This document shows positions 43,862 to 58,371 of a stretch of 64,000 bases of DNA, in pieces. How positions within the stretch are numbered: position 1 is the first letter of the stretch; every line of letters starts with the position of its first letter. The stretch is taken from the NCBI RefSeq assembly GCF_009914755.1, contig NC_060938.1; one strand, given 5' to 3'. The position numbers were made by a program, and so were the translations under genes. The notes beneath the pieces are model-generated. The model had not been told where the DNA came from, made no database searches, and was given only the letters and a program-made list of their open reading frames with translations. The stretch is from the human T2T-CHM13v2.0 reference genome, Homo sapiens.

Positions 43862-46800
43862 TGACATGACAGTCCTGACTGTCATTTGCTGAATAAACCA
43901 TGATAGGGAGCCCAGCTAATTGGGATGCACTAGTAACTGGACAGTCCTCTCAGATCTCAGGGGCCACTGTCAAAGCCCTTTTCCTGGATTAAGACTCATG
44001 GCTGGTTACCCTGAGTCTTCCAGTCTACCACCTCTCTGGCTATGGCAGGTTTTGCAGAATAAAGTGACTGAGGCTTAACAAGTTTGTGAGTGTGGCCAAA
44101 GCCAGTGTAGCATAGGACTGGACCAGTGCTGGTGAAGGAAATTAAGCTGTAACTTGTGGGATTTCAAGAAACCAATCTTGGTCTGTAAGTCGTTTTTATA
44201 AAAATGAATATGCGATCACTGCCCTAACTCTCGTTTCTTTAAACGGATGCCAAGAGCATTCAAGGGAGAGCAATGCCAAATTTACATTCAGCTTTAACAG
44301 TTTGTCCTTCCGAGGAGCACAGGCTGACTTTAGAGTAATTCCTGTGATCATCACAAATGGAGTTGGCATTAAAAAGGGTGAAGGGAAGACTCAGGAAGGA
44401 GGACAGACACTCCGTGCTACACGCGAAAGCTTGTTTATCTGGAAGCCTGGCTTGCAGTTCCTGCATCCCTCTGGAACCCAGCCCTGAATCTCTGAACCGA
44501 GCAGTAAGTAGAAAAGGCTTCTAGGCTCTGGGAAGAAATGTCACACAGCCCATGCACCAAGGTCACGCCCTGTCCTCTAGGTGCACAGCAAAGGTCTTCG
44601 TGGCTGTCTCCTGTGTCATTTGTGGTTAACACTCGACTTATGTGCCGGTTTTCACAACTCACAGCAGATTATCCTAGAGGCCTGTAACTTCAGCTAGCTT
44701 CAAGTATAGCAGGTATGACACTAAATGTCATCACATACCTGATCGTTTTTACTCCTCACAGAAAACAGGCCTTGTAAACTGTATTTCACAGATGAGGAAA
44801 CTAGTTCCCTTAAGAGGTGTCTAGCTTGTAGGCTGCATGTGTCTAGTATAGATAACTGCTGTGCCGACGATTTGCTAATTGCTGTGGGGGGATGGGCACG
44901 GGAGAGCTTTTTGGCCTCAGTGGACGTTTTAAGAGATGCACACTTAGAACCACTGGAGCTGTGTCCAGCTAGAGAAACTGTATCCATCGCTACAGACTGG
45001 TGAGGTTTTGCACATTTCTCCCAGAAAACCCGAAGGAAGGGGGTTTGGAGAGAGGAGCCAGGAGTGGGGCTCAGAGCAGAGCCGAAAGGAAAGCGCAGGG
45101 TGGGATGTGGCTCTGAGCTCTTCCACCCGCCCCGGGGACCTCTGAGATAATACCAACTGCACCCAGTTCCCTAGCCCACACCTGGCAGGTAGCACGTTCA
45201 CTTCATGACCTTCTTGAATGCGCAGTGCCCCATTCTTTTGAGTTCTTATTACATGTCAAAGGCAAGGACCGTGGCTTCTCTTTTTGTCCACGCGGTACTC
45301 ACATGGTCTTGATAGGACTGACCTTCTGAGGATCTCCTTGATCTTTCTTTACCTATATAAACAAAAATTAAATTTAAACACAGCTGTATTCGCATATGAA
45401 CAAAAAACTACCATTAGGTGTTTGTCTCTCAGCAAATTATTTCTCCTCTCTAGGCCTCAGTTTTTTCATCAATAAAATGAGACCATTAGACCGAGGAGGA
45501 ACTTCTGGCTCCAAAACCCTTTGGGTTCTAAGTCTTCTCTTTGAGAATGTTCTCCACTCCCCCAAACTGATTTGACATAATTTGGTCTCTCCTCCCATTC
45601 CAATGGCCTCTTTCCTGCCTAGTCCTTGCCTACCAGCCACGCCCCCTCTGGCATGCCCCACCCACCTTTCTCTGTTTGCTGCTCTGGAAGAGAAGGATCC
45701 TGGCTTCTCAGAGCCCTGGTGAATACAGATACTGCCTCGTTTGCATATTAACACTGGTGCCAGTCTGAGCCCAGCTGTGTGCAACGTAAGGTGAAATATA
45801 GATTCCCCCAACCTGGCCACAGTGTCTCCACGCGGCTAATGGAAAAGCCTTCGGAGTGGGCCCATGTTGCATATGCATAAGCTTTCCTTTGGCCGTGGAT
45901 GGGCATTGGGTGCTCTTACTCCCATTTCAACTGTGTCTCTGTGCTTCTTTGGGTTTCCTTCAAGATTAACAGGCCATCTGGGCTAAACAGCTATTTGAAG
46001 TGACTTGGCCAGGCCCTGGGCTGGCCTCTTGGGAACTCTGGGACTTGAGTGTTGAACCCGAGCCCCGCCCTCCTGCTCACCCACTCAGCATGGCAGCAGC
46101 AGCTTTTATGTATCAGCAGCGACCTAGAACTAGGCCAAGCATCCCCTTCACCTCCTGCAGGATGAAGGTCAGGCTCCTCACACGGTGTCGGAGGTCCTGC
46201 TTCCCCTGCCCCTGGGCCCTCTGTTACACCCATCATCCCGTGTCCAGACTTACCACAGCTCCTGAGCAGGCCTGGTGTTCTCCTGCCTGCCAAGCCTTCG
46301 CACCTGCTGCTTCTTCTGCCCTTTGGGCGTTCCTGGGGGTGGGGGGTGCAGAGAGGAGGATCTAGGGCTCCCCTCTGTGTTCCTGCAGCCCAGTGTGTCT
46401 GCCTCTGGCACACACCTGCACTTGGAACTCACATCTGTCCCTGCTGGACCCTGGGTCCTCCCTGGGACTCTGGCCTCGCACCTGCACACAGTGGATGCCA
46501 CCAAGCGAGGAAGGCTCAGGGCCAAAGCGTTTTAACCCCTTTACCGAGAACCTGAGTTGTAAGAACTTGCTGAATCTTGCTACATACAGATGCGGCACCT
46601 TAATGGAAATGGCTAAACAGAGAGAGGTTTTGCTGGTGAAGGTTTTTGTTGCTATTGCTGCTCCTGCCACTGAAGGCTTTCTCAGGAGGAAGCCCCTCAA
46701 ACCACCCCCTCACCCTGGGAAATAGGAAGGTGGGCTGCCTGTCTGTGTGGCCAGCTCAGTCACTGGGGGGCGGTGAGCACAGTGGCCGGATGCCACTGCA

Positions 46801-49800
46801 GCCTCCCCACCTTCTCCCTGCCCTCCATCTGCCCCTGCCAGGTCTTCCAGGCACCCACTCTCTCCTTCCACTCCTCGATCGGGGTAGCTGGAAGAGCAGA
46901 GGGGCTAAATTGAGTTTATATAGCTTTCCCTGTATATATTTAGAGATAAGAAGTTCATTTAGGGATCAGGGGCTGCTGCTTCTCTATGCATCATTAAGCA
47001 CACCACATCTGCTACTGAGCTAGCAATCAGCAGAATATTGAGAAAAGTTATAAAGAAATCTTTGCATCGGTTCATTTTCATTCTCAACTCCCTGTGTCCT
47101 GGCTCTCAGATTTCTGTGAGCGAGTGCAGGGGAGGAAATGGAGCCGCGGCTGTTGGGGCCATGCTTTGGGAGCTGGGGCTGGATTCAGATAATTCATCTT
47201 GGACCTGCTGTCTTTTCTCGGTGTGTGTGCCTATGTGCGTGTGTGTGTGCAAGCATGTGAGTGTGTGTTGGGGGAGGGCGGGTGGTGGTGTTGAGGAGAT
47301 GGTCTATGGAAAGCTGTGCATGCATTGTCCCATGGTGGCCACGCCAGGAAGGGCATGTCGCCTGATCAAGTCCTGAGCATGTCGCCATGGCAGTCCTGAG
47401 CACTGTCCTGCAGGTAGGCTGAGGCTGCAGACCAGACTTAGGTGCCATCTCCCTAGATGACCTTGACCAAGCCACCTCCCTTCTGTGGTCCTCAGTCTTC
47501 CGGGCTGTAAAGTGAGGGCACTGGGCCAGGTGGTCGCGCCTTGCTGAGAGGAGCAGGGGGAAGGTGAGCTAGTGCAGCACAGAGCTGGCTCTCAGTAAAA
47601 CCTGTTTGGATGCTGCCACTGTGGCGACTGGTGTTCTCTGGTCCCTGCTGCCTCCCCACCCAGCAAGTTCCCATGGCCTTGGCTTTCTTAGGTTGGTGGC
47701 TGAGTGGGGAGAGTCACAGGCACAGGTGCTGGGTTCTGGAGTCTCGGGGCTAGAAACTGTTGCCTTGTGGCCTCCTCCCAGAACAGCAGGTGGGTCTGCC
47801 CTCTCTCTAGCTCCTATACCAGGCCCAGAGAACTCAGTCTCCTCAGCCTCTCCCTGGGGACCCCTGGCAAGGGCATTGGTGGCCAGGTGGCCCAAGGTCC
47901 CTCAGCCCCCTCCCAGGGCAGTTGTCCCGCAGAGTGACATGTGGCAGGTTAAACTGCAGGTGTCACTGTTAGCCCTGAAATGGGGGCTTGGTTGGGCCGG
48001 CCTGTGGGCAGCCGCAAAGGAATCTTCCTGGCTTAGCGGCTTGGCCGGCTGAGGGAGCCCCGGAGCGGGCGCAGCACTCCCTGCTCTTATGCTTTGCCTC
48101 CCTGGCTGTGTGGACATTGCCCACCCTTAGCTAAAGCAAGGACGATACTAACTGACCACAGCCTGGCCCCAAGAAAGCACCATTTTCACAAGGCACGCAA
48201 ATGGCTCTCTGAACACCTGTAATTAGAAGGAATGCTCAAAACCCGGACATTTGTGGGATCAGCATTTAACCTCGGCCAACCCCTCAGGAAGGAGGGGCGC
48301 AGGGAGGCTGAGTGCAGCCACGTCCATGCAGTCAGTGTGGCCAGCCTGGGGGGCCTGTGAGGACTGAGGGAGGGTGGGGACCCCTGGGTAGAAGAGGCCA
48401 AGAGCTTTGTGCTCTATTGAGGAAGCTGCAGAGGAGGAGAGACCCAAATCAACATGGGGTGTTCATGCTCTGTTCCTTGTACCTCGAATGGTGGCACTCT
48501 TGCCCTCTAGACATTGCTAAGGACTTAGAGGTTCAGGAGTCACAGGCAAAAAAGGCCCCTTTTTAAAGTGTTTTTAAAAGTGACCGGTGGGGTGCTGTTT
48601 TTCCGGGAAATTGAACTGCATAAACCACAGCCACTGACCGGGAAACGCCTGCCACCACCAAATTGCCCCCGGGAACTTGGGGCACAGCGTCCCAGCCCTG
48701 GGCCAGGCAGGTTCCTATAGCCGCCAAGTGGATTACACACCCTGGCTTCACTTCAGTGGGCTTGTTGACCCTCAACGTACTCTCCCCATGTTGTTTTACT
48801 CCCCTTTTTAAAAATTCTGCATTTCATTCTGGACCAAGAAAGCCCTTGGACTTGAGAGAAAACTAGTATCTGCTCGAAGCAGGTTTGGAGGGGTCTCCGT
48901 CTCTCTGGGAGCTGCAGTTCCCGCCCCAGGCCCAGCGGCTGCAGGAGTGGGGGCTGCTGGGCTTTCTGGGCTTCCGTATCTTAATTTCTGTTTAAAGAGA
49001 ACGTAGAAAGAAGGGTGTGTGTATCTGTGTGTTGGTGGGGAGAGAGGGCATAGAATATTTTCAGGTCTTAAAAAGAAGAAGAAAAAAATAAATTTTTGAA
49101 TAAGAATGGTCCATGTACTGTGACCGCAGGGCAAATGCAAATGTCTGTTTTCAAACACAGACTCGTGAATTCTTATTAGGAGTTCGTGACTGCGCCTCCA
49201 AGCAGGACATTACATATTCATCAGTGTGAGCAACCAGGCTGCCCACTTCAGGTGTGGCCTTCGCAACACCCGTGTCCCTTTAATCTTGGGGGAAGAAGGA
49301 GAAGGAGAAGAAAACCATGACCAGCCACATTTGGTCTGTTTTCTTCAGTTGCTAAAGTGTTAAGGGAATAGGAGATAAAAAGATGCATGCAGAAAAAGCA
49401 GCAGCCGCAGCGATACTCCACAAAGATCTTTTTAGTGTCAACTTAAATGTACACAAATAGCGGATGATGATCTCTTTTATTGGACTAACATTTATCCAGT
49501 AATATCCACACACTTTTAAAACCATTGAGGCCTCCTCTTCAGGTGTTCATTTGAATAGAAATAGCTGAATGAGTGTTTTTATAATTGATCCCCTGAGAAC
49601 TGAATGTCTAGTGCTGCATAACCAACATTTTCCCATTGCTGGGTTTTTTTTCCCCCAAATTGCCACTCTGCAAAATTAGGATTTTGTACAGTTTTGATAA
49701 GAGAATTAACCTCCCACGTGCCAAACTCCCTGAGTATGAGGGACTCCCAAGGAATCGGATTGTGCGAGGTCAGCTTTGACACCAGATATTTTACGGGGGC

Positions 49801-51399
49801 TTTGCTGCTGCTCAGTCTGAGAGAGGGAACCGCAGAGATCTGGTGGGAGGTAGACTTGATGGAGGCAGAGGGAGAGGAGGAGGCTGTTGCACACCCTGAA
49901 AGGTTCCTGGACCCCAGAATCTTGCGCTTCTGACTTTTCCTTCTGCACTTGCCAGAAACACCCGGACGCTCACTCTGGCTCAATGTGGCGTCTGTGGGTG
50001 CTTGGAGCCCTGGACCTTGATGGAAACGTGAAAGATTTTCCTTTCCTCTCCCTCGAAGTGTTTCCCCCAGGGCTGCCAAGTATGTCCTCAGAGTCTTCAC
50101 TCTAGTTCTTAAGTTACAATCATAATATATGCTTATTGTAGAAAACTTGAAAAATGTGCAGAAGTATAAAGTCGACAATAAATATTACCCCAAATTCCAC
50201 CACCCAAACACTGTGGTGTTTCCTTCCAGTCTTATTTTATGTGTGTGCATATTAAAAAAAATATATGTATATGATCATACTGCATACATAGAGTTTTGTA
50301 ACCTGTATTTTTTTCTTTCATTTAATAGTAATATACAAAGCATCTCCCGTGTCTTTAAGCATCATCTGTCAGCATCAATTTAGCGGCTGTGCACACAGCT
50401 ATCAAATGGCTGTAGTTGAATGAACTTAATTACCCTCTATTGATGGACAGTTGGGTGGGGAGCTTTCTTTTTTGACTGTGTAAAAAGGAAACGTCAGTCT
50501 CTGGCCATTTTGTGGGAGACTTATTTAAACCAGGGTAAGACAGTTATTTAGGAAACAGTTTTCCCTTCATGGCCTAGAAGTGAAGGAAAGAGCAGTTTTT
50601 TGCAGCAGAAACTGACCAACGTGTCTTCAGTAAGACAAGCCACAGGGCTCAGGGCCAGGGGGAAGCTGGAGCAGCCGGTCTGGCTCCCCTGTCACTCCTA
50701 GTTCACGCTGATCCCAGCTCTGAGTCCTGGTGTCAAGGAGGCTGCTTTCAGCTCCAGACAACAGAAACGCTGCTTAACCCGCTGCAAAAGCGAGTACGGG
50801 GACTGCATTACCTGATGGGCTTTCCTGAGGTGATGCCACCACCACGAGAGGCCCTGGCTCCTTGGCTCCCTGGCCACCTTCAGCTCCTCCGCATGGCTGC
50901 AGCCTGGCTGCCCGCCTCAGTCCCGCGTGCCACCCAGACTCAAGGCAGTCCAAAGGTGGAAATTGGACTCTTTCTTCAAATGGGATTTTTTATAATTTTA
51001 ATTTTTAATGAGCAAGCAAAATATTGTCCAGAAGCCCAGGCCTTTCCTTCCTCCAACTCCCCGCCCCTGTCGTGGACTAGAATGGGGACACACGCCATGC
51101 CCACGCATAAGGCAGGCACTCCCTGGCAAGGAGAGTGAAATCCGTGCCCTCCTGACACTATACTTCGGGTACCTGGGATGTGCCCTCCTGCCCTTCTGAG
51201 CTTGGAATCCGGAAGCCCCAGCATCCCGCCTTCTCTAGGCTCTTCTTGGCAGTGGGCATTGACCCCTCTAAGCTGCTGGCTCACCCAGACCCCGAGGCAG
51301 CCCACATTAGGGACCAGAATGTTAATTGTCCCAGCCCTATCAGCTGGTGGGGGGACCTGGGGCTGTGATCCAGTGTGAGACTTGAGCCAGCCTCAGTGG

Positions 51400-52006
51400 T
51401 GGTCTTCCAGATCCCACTGAGTGTCCCCAGAGCTTTGGTGACAGCCCTGCTTGGCTGGGTCCTGATAGCAACCTCTGTCGTCTGCTCCCCTGCCATGTTG
51501 CCTGCCCTCTCAGTTCTACCCCTGCTACTTCTGAAAATGGCATGTTAATTTTCCCATGGAGAACCCCTCGTCTATAGGCAGCTCATTTGGATAGAGCCCC
51601 CACCTTGCGCCTAGTGCCATAGGTGGCCCAGAATGTTGCATGCCCAATCACAGTACCACATGCCTACACCAATCTGATTGGTTGCTGCGGGGTGGGCATG
51701 TGATCCAAAACTAGTCCAGTAAGAGTTGCCCTCAGGATGTCTCCTGGGCTTCATGGGATCTTAAGATGAGCTGGTGGGCGCCATCTTACCACCACAGGGA
51801 AGCGTCTGCCTGAGAACCAACACAGAGGAAAGCAGAGTTAGAAGACAGAGAGCCCAGGTCCTGAGGATGTCAGTTGAACCACTGGATCCAGCCATGCCTG
51901 AAGCAATTTACCTCTGAAATGATCATTTATGGAAGCCAACAATTTTCCTTTGCACATGGACCAGTTTGAGTTGGGTTTTTGTTGCAACTAAAAAGAGACC
52001 TGACTG
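51400..52006 (+). mobile_element. MaLR LTR (MLT1J/K-like)
   Basis: 3' part gaaccactggatccagccatgcctgaagc...agtttgagttgggtttt...gcaactaaaa is typical of MLT1; the 5' boundary is uncertain. Confidence 0.6.
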
Positions 52007-55000
52007 AAATACCTATTCAATAGGCTACTCTTCCAAAACCAGAATCCCTTTGTCATGCCTATAACCACCAACACTGTCCACATACTCCAGCCATTGTGCC
52101 CGTTATGCCAGGTTGGATCCACCCCCCGTGCTGTCCTTCTATTTCTGATGTCAAGGCAGGTCAGGCCCCAATGACCCTGACTTTGCCGCTTTCTTTGGGT
52201 GCCGAAGGCTGAACAGCTGGCCACTCCTCCTGGAGCCACTTCCTGCAGTCCACAGAGCTTCTGTGCAGAGCTGTTTCCTGAATGCCCAATGAATGGATCT
52301 GGTGACCTCTTTTGAGAAGTCAGGCAGAAACAGGAACGGTATCTTCCCCTCCCTCTCTGCATCGACACCTCCATTTTGCCCAGGCGTTCACAATTCCAGG
52401 GGTAGTTTCCTGATAATTCAGCTGAAAATTTCCCCAGCTCAGTTCTGTTTCCCTGAGTTGCCCCCCTGGGCTTTTCTCTAACAACTCGGCTCCTTCCCGA
52501 GGCCGTGAATGGGGCGCATCTCTGCCCACGTCACTGTTCAGCCAAGGTCGGCACATTTCCTGTGTTCATTCTTCTTCATAAATCACATCTCCAGCCTGCT
52601 AATCGCCGTGGACGCATTTCGAGGGATGCTTTGCAATTTTCACTGGCTCTGGTGTTGAGAGGTCCCCTGGCTGCTTCTAGGCAAGCCAAGGGCTTTCCCT
52701 CTAAAAAGCCGTGTGTCCCACATCCAAGTGCATACGCGGGTTGAGAGGGAAGGAAGTGGATGAAGCAGGCCTGGAGGAAGATGCTGAGGGCCCGGGACCT
52801 GCCCCCGGGAGGCAGCTACTTCTCAGGCCAGCCAGCTGTCTCCATGTGGGAACCAGGCCCAGCATTTGCAGAGGTTATAATTTCTCAAGGGAAGCTGCAA
52901 ATCTGTGCTTTTATGTGTAATTTCCCACTTAACAAAAAATGCCAGCAACAAAATAAAAATTGAAACGCTGTGGAGACCAAAATGGTCTCTCACACCACCA
53001 GACTGTGACTTCTGTCCTGGTAGATTAATAAAGTGACAGGGTGTTAGGCCACTTAGAGCAGGGTGGCCTAGCGAACAAACACAAGGCTGGGAACCAGAAC
53101 CCATAGGCCTGGATCTGGTCCTAGCCTGGACACTGCGTGATCTTGGGCAAATAAAGAACTGAGTCTCTAAAAATTCCTGTTGTCCACAGTCATCTTCTTA
53201 ACCCTTACAAGAATCTCATAAGGTGGAGCTCATTATTCCTATCTTGCAGAAGTGAAAACCCAGCTCAGAAGGCAGCTGCAAGAGGGCTGTTGGGTCCCAC
53301 AGGCCAGCTTGCAGCTCTGTTTCTGGGGTGTTGGGGAGACTACTGTCTGGGCGAGCAAGAGCTGGATCTGTCTTCAGCAGCTTGAGCCGGTTGCAGAGTC
53401 CAGCATTCTTCAGGGTCACAGGTGGCTTTTCCTCCTCTGGATCTGAGATTTTCTCTCTGCTTTCCCTGCCCTCCCCTCTCTATGCTCAGCATATTTTATT
53501 TCTGTAGCTCCATATTCTTGCCATGTCGCTGGTTCTGGGTGATGTTTCAAACACTGTTGGCACTGGGTTAGAAATGTCATTATCTAACTCAGAAAAGCTC
53601 CAAGAGGAATGTTGTGTATACGCATCTTCTCCCCATGAGCTTGTCTCTGCCTTGTGATGAGAACTATGAGGGCGTAGTCTTTGTTGCTTTCCAATCTTCG
53701 ATGCTCTTTCCTTCACCTAAGACGCTGCTTTCTGAAAAGAGAGAGATTCCAGAGCTCAGCCATTTAGATCCATGAGTTCTCGGCACTGGTTCTTCTTCCA
53801 TTTTTGTTTTGATAATAGTGCTTAGTAGTGATAACAGTGATACACTGGAGTGGCCCCTTGCTTGCCCAAGGCCGCAGGCTCTGAGGAGATCGCCACAATT
53901 TGTAAGAAGCTTTGAGCTTTTATACTGTTGCATAAAACAGAAAAGGGCAAGCTGTGTGTATGCTCCCATTTTACAGATGGGAAAACAGAGGTCATGCCTG
54001 GTTAAATAACTTGCTCAGTAAACCCACCTAGCCAAGTAATAAGTAAAACTCATTTGGCCCAAATGTTTGATCTTAAGGTCTACAGTAGTGGCCTCCCCCT
54101 CCCCCGCTTAACCTCGCCCCCACTTGCCTTCGTTGGGGCATATTCACTCATTTGGGTTCAGAAGCAGAACTGACATTCTCCTAGACATTGTCATCTGGTG
54201 CTTGCTCTTTGTTCTGTCTCTGCATGGTCTCTTCTTTGGGAAAGGTCCTCCAACTACTGAAATATGAAACCAGGAGTGGGCCAGGGGAGGGGAGACGCGT
54301 GTCTTGTGCTAGGGCTGGATCTGACTCGCTGTGAGACTTTGGGAGTTTTTCCTCACTCTGGGCTTTGGTTCTTTCTTCTCCAAAGGGTGTGGGGGAAAGG
54401 AGAAGGGCTAGCCCGGGCTCCAGGAGGCAAATTGGTCACATATAGGCAATTGGTTCACAGCTACATTTGAATTGGTTGCCAACCTTTAGAAACCAGGAAA
54501 TGTCAGGTCAAGAGCTAGCTCACCACCTTTCTTGAAGAAGAATATGTGGCCCCTTCACACCATTAGGCTGGAGGGAACATTTCCACTTGTCACCGTCCCT
54601 ACCTGTCACTCCTCTCAGTGACACTGCCTGCCTGGCCCTGCAGGCCCTGGGTGTGGGACTCCTAGCTCAGTGGCTTTCAAGGACCCAGCATCCAGTCCCA
54701 GGGGTCTCATTCCCTCTGAGGTGGGCACCCCTATAATCCTCATTTTCAGATGAGGAAACAGAGTCACTTGCAGTTTGAGTGACTTGCCAAAGGTCACACA
54801 GCTGGTCAGCAGCAGAGACAAGACTCCCCCTAGGCTTGTAGACTGTGGGGTCGGTTCTCAGTTGCTGGAAAACAGATCTTGGGATTGAGTTCTTCCAGCA
54901 ACACGGGTGTGCTTCAGCTTAAGAAGTTTTGAGAAAACTTGATTTATTTTTATTGTTATTATGGAAACTTTAAACGTGTGCTAAGAGTAGACAGACTCAT

Positions 55001-55275
55001 GTGATGAACTCATGTGCTCATCACCCATTTCCAACAATTTTTATGGCCAGTTTTGCTTAATCTGTGCACCCGCACCCCATTATTTAAAAACAAATGGGCA
55101 CCAGACATCGTATCCTTTCATTTGGGAAGATTGTAGTGTGTCTCTCTAAAGGGAGAGGGTTCTTTTTCAAAGTATAACTGTAATATTACTGTATTGTCAC
55201 ACTCTCCCCAATAATAGAAAATCCTTAATTATGCAGGGCAATTTCAGTGTGAACTTACACCGCTGATATGTCTAG

Positions 55276-55763
<488 letters not shown>

Positions 55764-55989
55764 TGAGCCTCAGTTTCCTTATCTGGAAAATGGGAAGAAT
55801 CCTAAAATTTATCCATCTCAAAAGGCTCATGTGACAGTCAAGTGAGAAGGCGTACATGCAAGGTATCCTGTCAAATTACACAAAGTCGTGATTTTAATGG
55901 AGGAAAGCAACATAAGTACTGGGTGGTGGAGAAATACTTTTGGGTCTCATCTTGCTGAGACTAGGTAGGAAGCAGAATAAGAATAGCCC

Positions 55990-56800
55990 TTCCTAGGCGC
56001 CCACCGGAATGCTCAGCGCTGCCGCACAGAGAGTCCGCATCCGTGCCTGCCACCGGCCTAAGTTATACCCGGAGCTACGACGACTTATGAGATGGGCGAC
56101 TCTAGGACCCTCATTTTCCAGACGAGAAAACGGAGGCACCTGCAGGTTCAGTGACTTGCCCAAGGTCACGCACCTGGTCAGCGGCAGAGACAGGACTCCC
56201 CCCGCCCGGGCCCGCGGATTGCCGGGTCGGTTCTCAGTCACCGCACAGGTGCCCTGGAGAGTGCGACCACCCCCTGCCCTCCGCCCCGCGCCGGCCCTCG
56301 GCTCAGTGCCCCGCCCTTCCTGGAGCACGGCCTGCGCATGCGCGCGCCCCAGGGCCCAGCCCTGTTCCTGCTCCGGCTCCTGCGGGGATGGATGCTTCAC
56401 GCAGTAAGCGAGTAAGCGAGCCCTGGAGACCGGGGCCCTGGGTGTGCGGTCGGCTCAGTGCCACGCGGTGAGATAGGCATGGTTATCAACCCACGCCAAG
56501 GCGGCTGTGTACCTGGCATAGAAAACACTGCTGTGGAATGTTGTTTCCATAGTCATTCGCCAGCGTCCACTGATGAGAGGTGCCACCACGGACACCCGGC
56601 CTTGCTCCGTCGAAGCTTTGGTCCATTAGGACCAAAGTCAGGCCCCAGCGGGCCTCCCTGCCATTCCTGGACGGCCTCGCGTCCTCCCAGAGCCTGACCT
56701 TCTCTTATCTCTGCAGCCTAAGTCGCGGAAGCGTAGACACCCGGCTTTTCCCGCGTGCTCTATCGGGCTCCCCTGGACACGGAGGGTGGAGCAGAAAGAG
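55990..56800. promoter_or_regulatory. CpG-island-like promoter with GC boxes and a perfect NRF1 site (TGCGCATGCGCG, 56333-56344)
   Basis: Sharp local rise in CpG density outside any Alu; CCGCCC boxes near 56202, 56281 and 56311. Confidence 0.7.
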
Positions 56801-57417
56801 CAGAGGGGCCGGTGGGAGCCATGGGGAGTCCGCCTAGCTCCAGAGGTAAGGGCGAGAATGGCTTCATCCTCCCCCCTTCATCCTCCAGGCCAGCCTCGGA
56901 CCCAGCAGCATCCTGCCCAGGGGGCACCCCCACCTCCCTGGATGCCAGCCAGAGCTGGAGAATATTCACGACCCAGAGGAGGGCCTGGACTCCAGAGAAG
57001 GGACCCCCTTTCACAGTGCACTCTGTGTCTGTGTGGATCTGATTTCATGTCTAGTGACCACTATTTTTATCCTCCCAATTCCTAGGACACCTTACCTGGA
57101 TCCACCTTCGTAGCCTCCTCCTGGCTCTGGGGGCTGTCCTGTGGGGTCCGAGTAGCTGAAAGACAGCCCCTCCATGTGAGGAAGCCCCCAACTGGGGAAA
57201 ACCCCCTCGTGGACTCATTCCTGTCCCTGCATGTGGCCTTCACCTGACTGTCTGCATTGAGGCATCCTCTGCCAAGAGCAATTTCAAAGTGGCAGGTCTT
57301 GGGAGATGGGGTGCTGTATTTGGGAGTAGGGGCGGGGAAGGGTTGAGGTGCCCTGGGAAAACTGGAGGAAGACATTTTTAATGCTCTTATGAGGCTGGGA
57401 GCAGAGGCCAAGAGGGG

Positions 57418-58111
<694 letters not shown>

Positions 58112-58327
58112 GAGGACGGTGGATTCGTGAGCATTCGGGAGACCACCACAGGACCCTTAAGCTGCTTCATTGCGCAGTGGGATCCCCTGTAACCCCAGAC
58201 TTCAGTAATAATCCCACACAGAAAGGTCTTACGTGAGTGTTTTCTTGTGAAAATTAAAGGAAAGTGCTGCTTTCAACATCTGCCACATTTGCAAGAAGAG
58301 CAAAGGTGGCCCATTTGAGACCACCCT

Positions 58328-58371
58328 TGAGCCCGTGAGCCCGTGAGCCCGTGAGCCCGTGAGCCCGTGAG
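58328..58371. repeat. Perfect 8-bp tandem repeat (TGAGCCCG) x 5.5
   Basis: Read directly from the sequence. Confidence 0.95.

Noticed and set aside
49579-50178. Longest ORF in the track (199 aa, - strand)
   Set aside because: No recognisable domain, it begins in an old L1-like fragment, and it has no supporting splice structure; such lengths are expected by chance in GC-rich DNA.
55993-57085. Cluster of overlapping 80-135 aa ORFs on both strands
   Set aside because: Caused by stop-codon scarcity in a CpG island; Arg/Pro/Ala-rich with no homology I recognise.
58328-58371. Regular repeats here and at 61570-62082 considered as CRISPR-like arrays
   Set aside because: Primate DNA, no unique spacers and no cas genes; these are simple tandem repeats.
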